Source of the DNA: Squalus acanthias
Taxonomy: Eukaryota
Direction: 5' to 3'
NCBI GenBank assembly: GCA_030390025.1
Contig: CM059425.1
Location: 174,408,001 to 174,472,000, forward strand
DNA: 64,000 bases
Below, in pieces: positions 36,839 to 48,320 of this stretch. The notes below the pieces were generated by a model. It was not told where the DNA came from and did no database searches. It worked only from the letters and a program-made list of their open reading frames with translations. The position numbers and the translations under genes were made by a program. Every line of letters starts with the position of its first letter. Positions within the stretch are counted from its first letter, which is position 1.

Positions 36839-37508
36839 GGGGGAAAAAATCGGTTGCTTTGCGCCTCCCGTTCGCGCCCTCTTTGCGCCTCCCACAAAAT
36901 TCAGCGGGAGGTTAGCGGCGGCGGTAACCGTTAGCGCCCCGTGGCGCTGCGCCGGCGGCGATGACATCATCGCCATGCGCAGCGCCCCGCTCACGCCCAG
37001 GCCGCGATCTTTGGTAGTGCCCCAACTTACTACCGAACGCTATATCAGACAGGGTCAGGGGGGCTTACCTGCTGCCGGGGCGGCGCTAATTAAAGGCGAA
37101 GTGCCGGTCGGCCATTTTTGTTGTTGGCCACCTGCCAGCAACCTGCCTCCACTCCCGTCCCCGGCCTCCTGACCCACCCCCCGTGAGCCCGGCACTTCTC
37201 GAGTGCCAGGCTCTTTTGCCGGCACTCCGATCCCCAGTGGCCCAGCTCACGCTGCGCAAGGCCCCTCCCCTTTAAGAAGGGGTGGAAGGCCTGCAATACC
37301 ACGGCGCAGCGTGCCGCAGCGGGTGGCGCTGCGGCACGTAGCGCCACGATATTCCCTCGCAGTGCCCCAAGAGGGAGGCGGGGCACTTCCAGTAGCGCCC
37401 CGCTTCCCACTTGGGGCGCTACCACTCAATGTCGGTCGCGGAGGGGCTAATTTTTCTGGGGCGCGAAGTTAGCACCCCAAAGGTGGTGTGACTCAATTTT
37501 CCCCCCCC
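36839..37508. mobile_element. GC/CpG-rich MITE (Harbinger-type ends)
   Basis: GGGGGAAAAAATCG...TCAATTTTCCCCC ends, possible GAG TSD; abrupt GC-rich block. Confidence 0.7.
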
Positions 37509-37544
37509 GAGATATATAGCACCAAATAAATAACCATGAAAGCT

Positions 37545-37880
37545 TCCAGTTCACTAAAATTCTTCAGGGAAGGGAGTATGCCACCCCTACCCGATTTGAC
37601 TCCACAACCACACAACAAGGTCGACTCCTCCTGTCCTCTGAGGTGGCATAGCAAGCCATTCAGTTGTAAATAATCACTACAAAACTGTAAACAATCACTA
37701 TAAAGTTCAATAATATGAAGAAAATTGGCAACAACCCAGGCATCATATCAGGAGAAGACTAGGTTAGTCTCAGCTCAGTCAACCTTGCTAAGTCCTCCTC
37801 ACCAACATCTGGGAGTTGGTACCCAAGTTGGGAAAGCTGTCCCACAAACTAGTCAAGCAACAGGCTAACACAGTTATGAT
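37545..37880 (+). mobile_element. Diverged 5' portion (UTR body + EN start) of the tRNA-headed LINE
   Basis: gttcactaa...agggaagg...tagcaagcca.tcagttgtaa then LLTNIWELVPKLGKLSHKLVKQQ; collinear with 58750-59030. Confidence 0.8.
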
Positions 37881-38450
37881 TTTGTGACGACAGCTATATG
37901 AGTTGGTCTGAATTTCTCTCTGTAACCCCCACCAGAGGGTCCAGGCACAGGGTCCCTACACAGGAGTTGATTCCCCAATCAGGTACTGCTGGCAAGAAGT
38001 GGTGCTCACAGGGAGCACTGGTCCAGAAATCATGTAAAGTCAGGCACTGCTAGCCATTTATTAATTTAAATGGACCGAAAATTAGGCAGTATGGAGATAA
38101 GCGAATCAGTCCGATTGAGAGTGTGCATGACCAGTTTTGAAAATCCAGCATTCAGCTGATTGCTTTTAACCTGTATGGTAAAGTGACTAATTGTGATATT
38201 AAATGAAAGTTGTTTGTGCCACTGGGAGTAGATACACTGAGTTAGACCATGAATTTTGTTTTCACCTCTTGGGGCTTCATTTTGAATACTTTCCATTTGG
38301 GTTCTAAATGAAATATATTTAGGAAATATCAACCCAGTTCTTACTTAATGGCACAAAACTTAATTGAAGCTAAAACAATAATCTTATGAAGTAGAGTTTT
38401 AAGGATTGATGTCAAGAGAAATGGAAAAATCATGCTGTTGTGATTCTTAC

Positions 38451-38514
38451 ATCTTTGCCAAGCACCCTTAGCTCAAACTGGGTTTCTCTGAAGTTCACCT
38501 TAGTGATTCTTGGC
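38451..38514 (-). CDS. EPB41L4A: EPB41L4A coding exon (FERM-C), 64 bp
   Basis: ttacag / gtaaga; encodes (W)PRITKVNFRETQFELRVLGKD; preceded by an 87-bp intron. Confidence 0.95.
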
Positions 38515-38601
38515 CTGTAATCAAACAGAGAACCTTTTAACTTAAAATGAAAACAAGTGACGCAAGAAAACAAAAATTAGTGTACATTTCAGATCACCTA
38601 C

Positions 38602-38690
38602 CAGAAATACTTTCCAACTTGGATTTTGTTCTTGTAGACAACAACCCCAACTGGTGTTAATCCTAAAAAATACTCTGTCTGGTTTTCTCC
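38602..38690 (-). CDS. EPB41L4A: EPB41L4A coding exon (FERM-C), 89 bp
   Basis: tttcag / gtaggt; encodes [29 protein letters not shown](W); phase matches both neighbours. Confidence 0.95.
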
Positions 38691-39388
38691 CTGAAATTTA
38701 ATAAGAGGTTTCATTTACAGGTATTATTTAAAAATATTCCTATCATCTGTAAACTTCCTGTTTTAATACTTTACTTCCTGTTATAGTTTTTAGTTACGCT
38801 TTTCTTTCAACATTTATATGTACCTCCTTTCAGATTTAGCTGTCATAGAAAATAGTCATAATCAGCTGGCTGTCTGCGTTAGCCGAGTTGTGCAGGAGAG
38901 AACTCCATAAGTTCTACATTTAGTGTGGATTCTCCTGGAGCAGATTGTGCCATGATAGTTAAAAGACATATAGCAGCATTAGAGCAGCAGGAAGAAAAGA
39001 AAAGGGATACCATTGGCAGAGAAGAAGTGAAAATTGGTCAGGACGTTGGAGGTAGGAATCTGAAGGGGAAAAGGTGGGGTAAGCATCAGCAAGCAGTTAA
39101 ACTAGAACTAGAATCATTAGTAGAAAGAAGGGGAGAGAGTCAGTCACTGACGGAAAAAAAGCAAATTAGATTCACGTGAAGGAAAAAGCAAAAATGGAGA
39201 ATCTGGTGGGGGGACCAGTGACACAAGAGATCAGATACAAGAACACCATCTTAATAATAGATTACTACACCATGCATGATTTACCATTTTATTTTTCTTT
39301 CTGCCCAGCTCATGGGGCATATTCTCTTCTATTAATAATGAATTAGGAGACATGAATTAGTTGACACATCCTAAAATATTTGTGTGTG

Positions 39389-40030
39389 ATACCCGCCCTG
39401 CTGTATGCCTCAGAGACATGGACCATGTACAGCAGGCACCTCAAAGCACTGGAGAGGTACCACCAATGCTGCCTCCGCAAGGTCCTGCAAATCCATTGGC
39501 AGGATAGGCGCACCAATGTCAGTGTTCTTATTCAGGCCAACATCCCCAGCATCGAAGCTTTGACCACGCTCGATCAGCTCCGATGGACGGGTCATATTGT
39601 CCGCATGCCCGATACGAGACTCCCAAAACAAGCGCTCTACTCGGAGCTCTGGCACGGCAAGAGAGCCCCAGGTGGGCAGAGGAAATGCTTCAAGGACACC
39701 CTCAAATCCTCCTTGAAAAAGTGTAACATCCCCACCGACACCTGGGAATCCCTGGCCCAAGACCGCACAAAGTGGAGGAGAAGCATCCGGGAAGGCGCCG
39801 AACACCTCGAGTCTCTTCGCCGGGAGCAAGCGGAAGCCAAGCGCAGGCAGCGCAAGGAGCGCACGTCAACCCAAGCACCCCACCCACCCACCCCTTCAAC
39901 CACCGTCTGCCCCACCTGTGACAGAGACTGTAGGTCCCGCATTGGACTCATCAGTCACCTGAGAACTCATTTTTAATGTGGAAGCAAGTCATCTTCGGTT
40001 CCGAGGGACTGCCTAAGAAGTAAGAAGAAG
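39389..40030 (+). mobile_element. RTE-clade (BovB-like) LINE 3' fragment
   Basis: LLYASETW, QLRWTGHIVRMPDTRLPKQALYSEL, C-terminal C2H2 CPTCDRDCRSRIGLISHLRTH; (T)AAGAAG tail; 125-bp flanking direct repeat. Confidence 0.92.
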
Positions 40031-40412
40031 ACTACACCATGCATGATTTACCATTTAATTTTTCTTTCTGCCCAGCTCATGGGGCATATTCTCTTCTATT
40101 AATAATGAATTAAGAGACATGAATTAGTTGACACATCCTAAAATATTTGTGTGTGTATATACATATAAAAGGTTTATTCAAAACTTCTGCAAATTACACT
40201 AATCAAAAAAATCAATACTTGCGAGGAGATAGGGTGTTCCAAATGCTCCAAGAAAATAAATTTCACCCCTTCAATGTTCAGTAATTTCTAAATTCTTGAC
40301 TGCTTAGGGACACATTAATTAAGTTAAACCCCTCAAGAGAAAGGAGTTTAAGAAGTAAAAGGAGGAATATGGTAGAACAGAAGGTAATCTCAGGCATTTT
40401 ACAATAATGGCT

Positions 40413-41830
40413 ACAACAACAACAACTACTACAAGTATTTATATAGTGCCTTAACATAGTAAAACGTCCCAAGGCACGTCACAGAAGTGTTATAAAACAA
40501 AATCTGACACTGAGCCACATAAGGAGAATTTAGGGCAGATGACCAAAAGCTTGATCAAAGAGGTAGGTTTTAAGGAGCGTCTTAAAGGAGGAAAGAGAGG
40601 TCGAAAGGTGGAGAGGTTTAGGGAGGGAATTCCAGAGATTTGGGCCTTGGCAACTGAAGGCACGGCCGCCAATGGAGGAGCGATTAAAATCAGGGATGCT
40701 CAAGAGGGCAGAATTAGAGGAGCACAGACATCTCGGGGTTGTGGGGCTGGAGGAGATTATAGAGATAGGGAGGGGCAAGGCCATGGGGGGATTTGAAAAC
40801 AAGGATGAGAATTTTAAAATTGAGGTGTTGCTTAATCGGGAGCCAATGTAGGTCAGTGAGCACAGAGGTGATGGGCGAATGGGACTTGGTGTGAGTTAGG
40901 GCACGGGCAGCTGAGTTTTGGATGAGCTCAAGTTTATGGAGGGTGGAAGATGGGAGGCCAGCCAGGAGAGCATTGGAATAGTCAAGTCTAGAGGTAACAA
41001 AGGCATGGATGAGGGCTTCAGCAGTAGATGAGCAAAGGCAGGGGTGGTGTCGGGCAATGTTACGGAGGTGGAAGTGGGCGATTTTGGTGATGGCGCACAT
41101 GTGGTCGGAATCACATTTCGGGTTTAAATAAGACACCAAGGTTGCAAACGGTCTGGTTCAGCCTCAGACAGCTGCCAGGGAGTGGAATGGATTCAGTGGC
41201 TCGGGAACGGAGTTTGTGGCAGGGACCAAATACAATGGTTTCGGTCTTCCCAATATTTAGTTGGAGGAAATATTTGCTCATCCAATAGTGGATGTCGGAC
41301 TTGCAGTGTGACAAATTTGAGATAGTGGAGGAGTCGAGAGAAGTGGTGGTGAGGTAGAGCTGGGTGTTGTCAATCTACATGTGGAACCTGATTTGTTTTC
41401 GGATAATGTCGCCGAGGAGCAGCATGTAGATGAGAAATAGAAGGGGGCTAAGGGCAGATCCTTGGGGGAATCCAGAGGTAACGGTGTGGGAACGGGAAGA
41501 GAAGCCATTGAGGGTGATTCTCTGGCTACGATTAGATAGATAAGAATAGAACCAGGTGAGTGCAGTTCCACCCAGCTGGATGACGGAGGAGAGGTGTTGG
41601 AGGAGATGGTGTGGTCAACCATGTCAAAGGCTGCAGACAGGTTGAGAAGGTCAATAAGGGATAGTTTACCATGGTCACAATCACATAGGATGTAATTTGT
41701 GACTTTGAAAAGGGCCATTTCAGTGCTGTGGCAGGGTGGAAACCTGATTGGAGGGATTCAAACATGGAGCTCCGAGAAAGATGGGCATGGATTTGGGAGG
41801 TGACAGCACGTTCAAGGACTTTGGAGAGGA
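40413..41830 (-). mobile_element. L2 LINE RT/3' fragment
   Basis: LSAAFDMVDH, LQLNIGKTE, HAFVTSRLDYSNALLAGLP, LHWLP, WNSLP; (TTG)n tail. Confidence 0.92.
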
Positions 41831-42199
41831 ATATGTGTTACATTGCTCGAAACACCCTTGAAATCATATTATTCTACAAATACGCAAGTAGAGCAAATTG
41901 AACTGTTTTTATTTCATTTTCAGCATACCTTGCTGGTAAAGAGTATCAATGCAAACAGTAATAGACGACTGGTTATCACAATCAAATCACATAACTTGAC
42001 CTGAAGTGGTATTCTACCAACTGATCTGAATTGAAGTGTTATTACGCCATGTAACTTGAATTGTATGGATAACAGATTTTACTTCATTGCATGTCATGGG
42101 ATGATACTATATTTCTTTTTAGTATAGGACTCCCCAATGGCTCCTTTGTATTATGTGGTATGGTGCCATGTGTAACCAGACCAGGAAGGCACCAGGTTA

Positions 42200-42485
42200 G
42201 AATTATATAGAATTACATAGAATTTATAGCACAGGAATGGCCATTTGGCCCAACAGGTCTATGTCTGTGTTTATGCTCCAGACAAGCCTCCTCCCACCCT
42301 ACTTCATCTAACCCGATCAGCATATCCTCCTATTCCTTTCTCCCTCATCTACTTATCTAGCTTCCCCTTAAATGCATGTATGCTATTTGCCTCAACTACT
42401 CCATGTGGTAGCGAGTACCATATTCTAACCACTCTCTGGGTAAAAAAATTTCTCTTGAATTCCTTATTGGATTTATTAGTGACTA
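42200..42485 (-). mobile_element. CR1 3' end
   Basis: Reverse complement of RNFFTQRVVRIW plus UTR; atagaatt tail repeats. Confidence 0.85.
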
Positions 42486-42550
42486 ATCAATGTTTTTTAA
42501 GGTATTACTTTCTCTTAACCACACAATGGTGGCAACACTGCAACTAGTGT

Positions 42551-42849
42551 GCTCCGGTTTCCTCCCACAGTCCAAAAATGTGCGGGTTAGGTTGATTTGG
42601 CTATGATAAATTGACCCTTAGTGTTAGGGGGGGATTAAATATGTGGGGTTATGGGGATAGGATGGGATATGTTAGGGGGAATTAAATAGGTGGGGTTACG
42701 GGGGTAGGGTGGGATATGTGTACTGTGGGGATTAAAGCAGGGACAGGGTACTGGATTTGGATGATCAGCCATGATCGTATTGAATGGTGGAGCAGGCTCG
42801 ACGGGCCGAATGGCCTACTCCTGCTCCTAGATTCTATGTTTCTATGTTT
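42551..42849 (+). mobile_element. 5'-truncated HE1-like V-SINE with CR1-derived tail
   Basis: V-domain gctccggtttcctcccacagtccaaa...ggttagg; tail gatcagccatgatc...ggcctactcctgctcct matches the CR1 UTRs in the window; CTAGTGT TSD. Confidence 0.8.
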
Positions 42850-43126
42850 CTAGTGTCACAAGGCAAGGGGCCTAATCATTATTATCTAGTGGCCCTGTTG
42901 CAAGTATACGTGCATTGACATTGAGTATGGACAGGAGACGGCTTGGCTGTGAAAACTCCACATGTGAATAGCCAGAATAAGCTCACACAACCACTGGGGC
43001 ATGGATCTTGAGGGCTACCAAAACCATGGAACTGTAACCTAACTTGGAGAGAAAAGAAGAAAAGGGGAGAACAAAATGTTGAAAATTATAATTTACTTTA
43101 TTCCCATTTATGAATATAGTACTTAC

Positions 43127-43214
43127 AAAAACAGGATGGAGATCAACTCCATACATCTCTAATAATTTGGCAACTTGCAAGTAATTGAGTTCTGTCTCAG
43201 CAGGAACTTGACCC
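43127..43214 (-). CDS. EPB41L4A: EPB41L4A coding exon (FERM-M/FERM-C boundary), 88 bp
   Basis: ttctcctcag acceptor / gtaagt donor; encodes (M)[29 protein letters not shown], with the band-4.1 LEMYGVDLH motif; matches recalled human EPB41L4[30 protein letters not shown]. Confidence 0.95.
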
Positions 43215-43299
43215 CTGAGGAGAAAACAAACAAAAAATAAGTTACTGGAGCAAAACTATCCTGCTCTTCCAACACTTGTATCTGAACTGATTAAGGAAA

Positions 43300-43722
43300 G
43301 GACCGGTATTTATACAGCACCTTTCACAACCTCAGGACGTCCCAAAGCGCTTTACAGCCAATGAAGTACTTGTGAAGTGTAGTCACTGTTGTAATGTAGG
43401 GATGCGTGGTAGCTAATTTGTGCACAGCAAGGTCCCACAAACAGCAATGTGATAATGACCAGATAATCTGTTTTAGTGATGTTAGTTGAGGGATACATAT
43501 TGGCCAGGACACCAAAAGAACTCCCCTGCTCTTCAAATAGTGCCATGGGATCTATTACATCCACCTGAGGGGGTAGATTTTACATCTCATCCAAATGATG
43601 GCACCTCCAACAGTGCAGCATTCCCTCAGTACTGCAGTGAAGTGTCAGTGTTGATTTTGAGCTTAGTCCTGAACTTGACCACACAACCTTCTGATTCAGG
43701 GGTTCTACTGAGTCATGGCTGA
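43300..43722 (-). mobile_element. DeuSINE (SacSINE1/AmnSINE-like) with L2-like tail
   Basis: Deu-domain-like body; tail tatttatacagcaccttt...acgtcccaaagcgcttta resembles the L2 tail at 1-50; tRNA-like head near 43660-43720. Confidence 0.78.
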
Positions 43723-44289
43723 CACCTGATAAATGCCAGGAAAGCACATAATGCCGAATTAGTAATAGCACCTGAGCAATTTGTGATCAAATATTAGTCA
43801 AACAATCAAGGACAGCAAGGGCAATGGTTAGAAAATTATACCTTAATTAACTGTTTCAATTTCAAATACAGAAATCATATTAAGTATCTCCAAGAACATT
43901 TTTGTGGTATAAACTTTGGTGGCACATCTCTAATGTCTCAAACCATGAAATAACATCCATTGACTACCATCATAACTGAAACAATATTCAGCAAAGAAAA
44001 AAAAAACATTTTGGCACAAATCAAAAAAAGAACTTGTGACTAGTTTTTAAGGAACCCATAAGCACTCCTTCTGAGTGGAAGTGCTACAAAGGAATTTTCC
44101 CATTCTGCATCACTCCAGTGTGTCTGCTTTATTGTGAATTACAAATGTTAAAATATAATAGAACTGATGAGGTTCTCTGTGGCTACGTCCTTATTGATAG
44201 AAATTATACATAATGTTGCATCATTGAGCTGCTAGGCATCACTTTAAACGTCAAATATTTATTAGAAACAGTGTTAAAAATATGATCCA

Positions 44290-45585
44290 GGATCAACCAG
44301 ACCATTCACAAACTTGTTTGATCCCAAGCTTAATTTCAGACCACAAATCCTCCCCACGACAAAAATATACATTTTAATTGCATACTGCAGGGTCAAATAA
44401 CAAGTTTGGCCTTAAGTGTGAATGCATCCAAATGTATTACTTCCACCTCAACAACATTTCCATCTCCATTGCCCCTTAAACCCTTATGCATCCCTTCATT
44501 ACTTCCACTGCTCCAACACTCTTCTTGCTAGCCTCCCTTCCTCCACGTTCCATAAACTCCAACTTGCACAAAGTTTTGCCATACGGATCCTATCCCACTC
44601 ACTCATCATCCTGTCCTCACTGAAATACTTTGGCTTCTCATCCCCTAATTCATTAAGTCTAATTTTCTCATCCTCATCTTCAAAGTCCCGTGTTACTCCA
44701 AAACACTATTGGGTAAAACTGATATGCGTTGTACCCGTTTTGCGAGTGCAAAATGGGGGCAACGATGACAAATTTAGCAGTGTGGCCTGTGCCCAATCTG
44801 CATGTGTGTCGTGCCACTGCTAAATTCAACAGGCTCATTATTAGGCATCCTGGGAAGTCATCTAAAACAGGTGTTAGGCCCCTTGCATATGTTAATGAGA
44901 ATCTTCACACCTGAAATTGGTCTCCGATGAGCGAAGCCTGTCTTGCTTTGTTCAGGATTCTTCCGCGGTCGCTGATTCAGCCTAAGCAGCATCCGGCACC
45001 AACACGTACATTTTTTTAAACAAAATTTCTTTTTAAATGTTGCTGTGCACAGCAAGAGTGCTTCCCCGACTCCACAGTAACCTGATTGCACCCCCACCCC
45101 CACCCCTCCATTACCACTCCTCGAACCCTAGGACTTCCCTTAGGGCCGCTGCTGGCGAGGCAAGTAGCCCGATATTCATTTTGTTCAATAGATGAGCTGC
45201 CTGTGGAGGCATGACAGACACCAGCAGATTGCCCAATTAATATTAATGAAGTCCAAAGTTCAATTTCGGCCTGGCCTCAGGCCTCCCAGTTCAGGTGCGC
45301 ATTGTGGCTGCATCAACACCTTTGCACCTGAAACTGGCGCCGACGAAATTCTACTCCTACACCATTGATTGCATAGCCTTCAACCACCATGGTTCTATTC
45401 TCTGGAATTGCCTTCCTAAACCTCTTGTCTTCTTCTCCTCAATTAATAACCTTCTCAAAACTCATTCCTCCAACCAAGTCTTCAGTCACTCCTTGGATCC
45501 TTTCCCTTCCTGACATCTATCTGTGAAGTACCTTGGGATGTTCTTTACATTAAAGGCACTAAATATATGCAACTTGTTGTATTAT
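44290..45585 (+). mobile_element. Old L2 fragment containing a MITE and a 73-bp local duplication
   Basis: CSNTLLASLPSSTFHKLQL, LWNCLPK; L2 tail at 45520-45580. Confidence 0.75.
44711..45357. mobile_element. MITE family copy 2 (cf. 9789-10400)
   Basis: GGGTAAAACT...AAATTCTACTCC ends; internal homology to copy 1. Confidence 0.7.
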
Positions 45586-46196
45586 CTAGAATATACATTT
45601 TAATTGCATACTGCAGGGTCAAATAACAATTTGGCCTTAAGTGTGAATGCATCCAAATGTAATAAATTCCAGTGTTTCAGAATCGTCACGTTTGGAAATA
45701 TGTGTTGCCTGTGAGACAAGTACAGTTAAGGGAATTATGTAGAAAACATGTTAGACTTGAAATTGATAGCCAGCCAGCCTAGATGAAGCTATTTGCAACT
45801 GATTTGTTCCTAGTCTTAAAATGAATATAATGTTGTGTATTAAATTTCATTATAGTGCCCATACTGCAAACTTAAAATATACTGGAGGTATTAATGCTCT
45901 TACTGATGCACAGCACAAAGCACTGGAATTCTGTTTCTATGGCTCCCAACTATAAACAATAAAGTGGGAACATACTTGGCAGGTTAGTGTGTGCAGTATG
46001 CACGAGTAGTGTCACATTAAAAAAAACTATGGCATATTATAGGCTAACACTATAATTGACATATCTCAAACCACCAGAAAGCATTTTAAATATTCAGCAA
46101 AAATAATTATGCATCATGTAGGAATGTACAACTGTAATATAATGGATGATGCTTAAAACTTCCCAAGATGTCTTCATGTATTCCATTTTTAGCTAA

Positions 46197-47830
46197 AAGA
46201 ACATAAGAAATAGGAGCAGGAGTAGGCCATTCGGCCCCTGGAGCCTGTTCCGCCATTCAATAAGATCATGGCTGATCTGATCTTGGCTTCAGCTCCACTT
46301 TCCTGCCCGCTCCCCATAACCCTTGATTCCCCTGTTTTTCAAAAATCTGTCTATCTCCGCCTTGAATATATTCAATGACTCAGCCTCCACAGCTCTCTGG
46401 GGTAGAGAATTCCAAAGATTCACGACCCTCAGAGAAGAAATTCCTCCTCATCTCCGTTTTAAATGGGCGACCCCTTATTCTGAAACGATGCCCCCTAGTT
46501 CTAGATTCCCCCACGAGGGAAAAATCCTCCCTGCATCTACCCTGTCAAGCCCCCTCAGAACCTTATATGTTTCAATAAGATCACCTCTCATTCTTCTAAA
46601 CTCCAATGAGTATAGGCCCAACCTGCTCAACCTTTCCTCATAAGACAACCCCTTCAACTCAGGAATCAACCTAGTGAACCTTTTCTGAACTGCCTCCAAT
46701 GCAAGTATATCCTTCCTTAAATAAGGAGACCAAAACTGTACGCAGTACTCCAGGTGTGGTCTCACCAACGTCCTGTACAGTTGCAGCAAGACTTCCCAAC
46801 TTTTATACTCCATCCCCCTTGCAATAAAGGCCAATATTCCATTTGCCTTCCTAATTACTTGCTGTACCTGCATGTTAACTTTTTGTGTTTCATGTACGAG
46901 GACACCCAGATCCCTCTGTACCGCAGCATTCTGTAGTCTCTCTCCATTTAAATAATAATTTGCTATTTTATTCTTCCTACCAAAGTGGATAATCTCACAT
47001 TTTCCCACATTATACTCCATCTGCCAAATTTTTGCCCACTCACTTAACCTATCTATATCTCTTTGCAGACTCTTTGTGTACTCCTCACAACTTGCTTTCC
47101 CACCTATCTTTGTATCGTCAGCAAATTTGGCAACAGTACACTCGGTCCCTTCATCCAAGTCATTAATATAGATTGTAAATAGTTGAGGCCACAGCACTGA
47201 TCCCTGTGGCACCCCACTAGTTACAGTTTGCCAACCTGAAAATGACCCATTTATTCCAACTCTCTGTTTTCTGTCAGTTAGCCAATCCTCTATCTAGTCT
47301 AATATATTACCCCAACACCGTGAGCTCTTACCTTGTGCAGTAACCTTTTATGCGGCACCTTATCGAATGCCTTCTGGAAATGCAAATACACGACATCTAC
47401 TGGTTCCCCTTTATCCACCCTGCTCGTTACATCCTCAAAGAACTCTAGTAAATTTGTCAAACACAATTTCCCTTTCATAAAACCATGTTGACTCTGCTTG
47501 ATTGTATGTCCTGCTATTACTTCCTTAATAATGGATTCCAGCATTTTCCCAATGACAGATGTTAGGCTAGCTTGCCTATAGTTTCCTGCTTTCTGTCTCC
47601 CTCCTTTCTTGAATTGAGTTACATTTGCGGTTTTCCAATTTGCTGAGACCTCTCCAGAATCCAGGGAATTTTGGTAATTACAACCACTTCTTTTAAAACC
47701 CTAGGATGCAGGCCATAAGGTCCAGGGGACTTGTCAGCCTTTAGTCCCATTAGTCTGCCTAGTACTTTTTCTCGAGTGAGAGTGATTGTTTTAAGTTCCT
47801 CCCTCTCTATAGCCCCTGGATTATCAATTA
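46197..47830 (-). mobile_element. CR1 RT region + 3' UTR, same subfamily as 5925-8130
   Basis: 245-aa ORF PQGSVL...KFADDTKIGG...[13 protein letters not shown]. Confidence 0.95.
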
Positions 47831-47944
47831 TTTAAAAGGATTTAAACTATTTGATGTGTAGTCATTTAAGTTCAGAAAACGATTTTTATCTTTCACACAA
47901 TCATTTCATGCCAATCTGGAAAGCGAAGTATATTTCTTGGCACT

Positions 47945-48320
47945 TAACTGGTAATTATATATATTTTTTACTGTTAATTATATAAATATATATTTTTACT
48001 GGTAATTATACATATATACAGGAAACTCTTTCGTATCCGGCACCGACGGGACCGGGATGGTGCCGGTTGATTAAAAATTCCGGATAATGGAGAGTTATAT
48101 CTACCGAGGCTATTTTTAACAAAGAAAAATAAAAAAATCAAGAAATGTGCAGTATAATTGGGTGCTCACCTACAGAATGTTGTGTTAAGAGTATGAATTT
48201 TGCCGGTTATTAGAGAATTCCGGATATTTAGGTGCCGTTTAAACGCGAGCTTCCTGTATTTTGTACTGGTAATTATACATATATTTTCTTACTGGTAATT
48301 ATATCTATATATTTTTACAG
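47945..48320. repeat. AT-rich tandem repeat ACTGGTAATTATA(T/C)ATATATTTTT, about 5-6 copies, interrupted by a MITE
   Basis: Unit visible on both sides of 48019-48256. Confidence 0.8.
48019..48256. mobile_element. Tc1/pogo MITE, shorter relative of 17560-17977
   Basis: CAGGAAACT...AGCTTCCTG ends, TA TSD; shares about 105 bp of the left arm and 60 bp of the right arm. Confidence 0.88.

Larger units (their letters stand above)
42127..43075 (+). mobile_element. LF-SINE-like element split by a CR1 tail and an HE1 SINE
   Basis: Head cagaccaggaagg.accaggtt; 3' half ggacagga...ggcttggctgtga...gaatagcc...gctcacaca...ccactgggg...tggaactgta resemble the recalled LF-SINE consensus. Confidence 0.65.
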
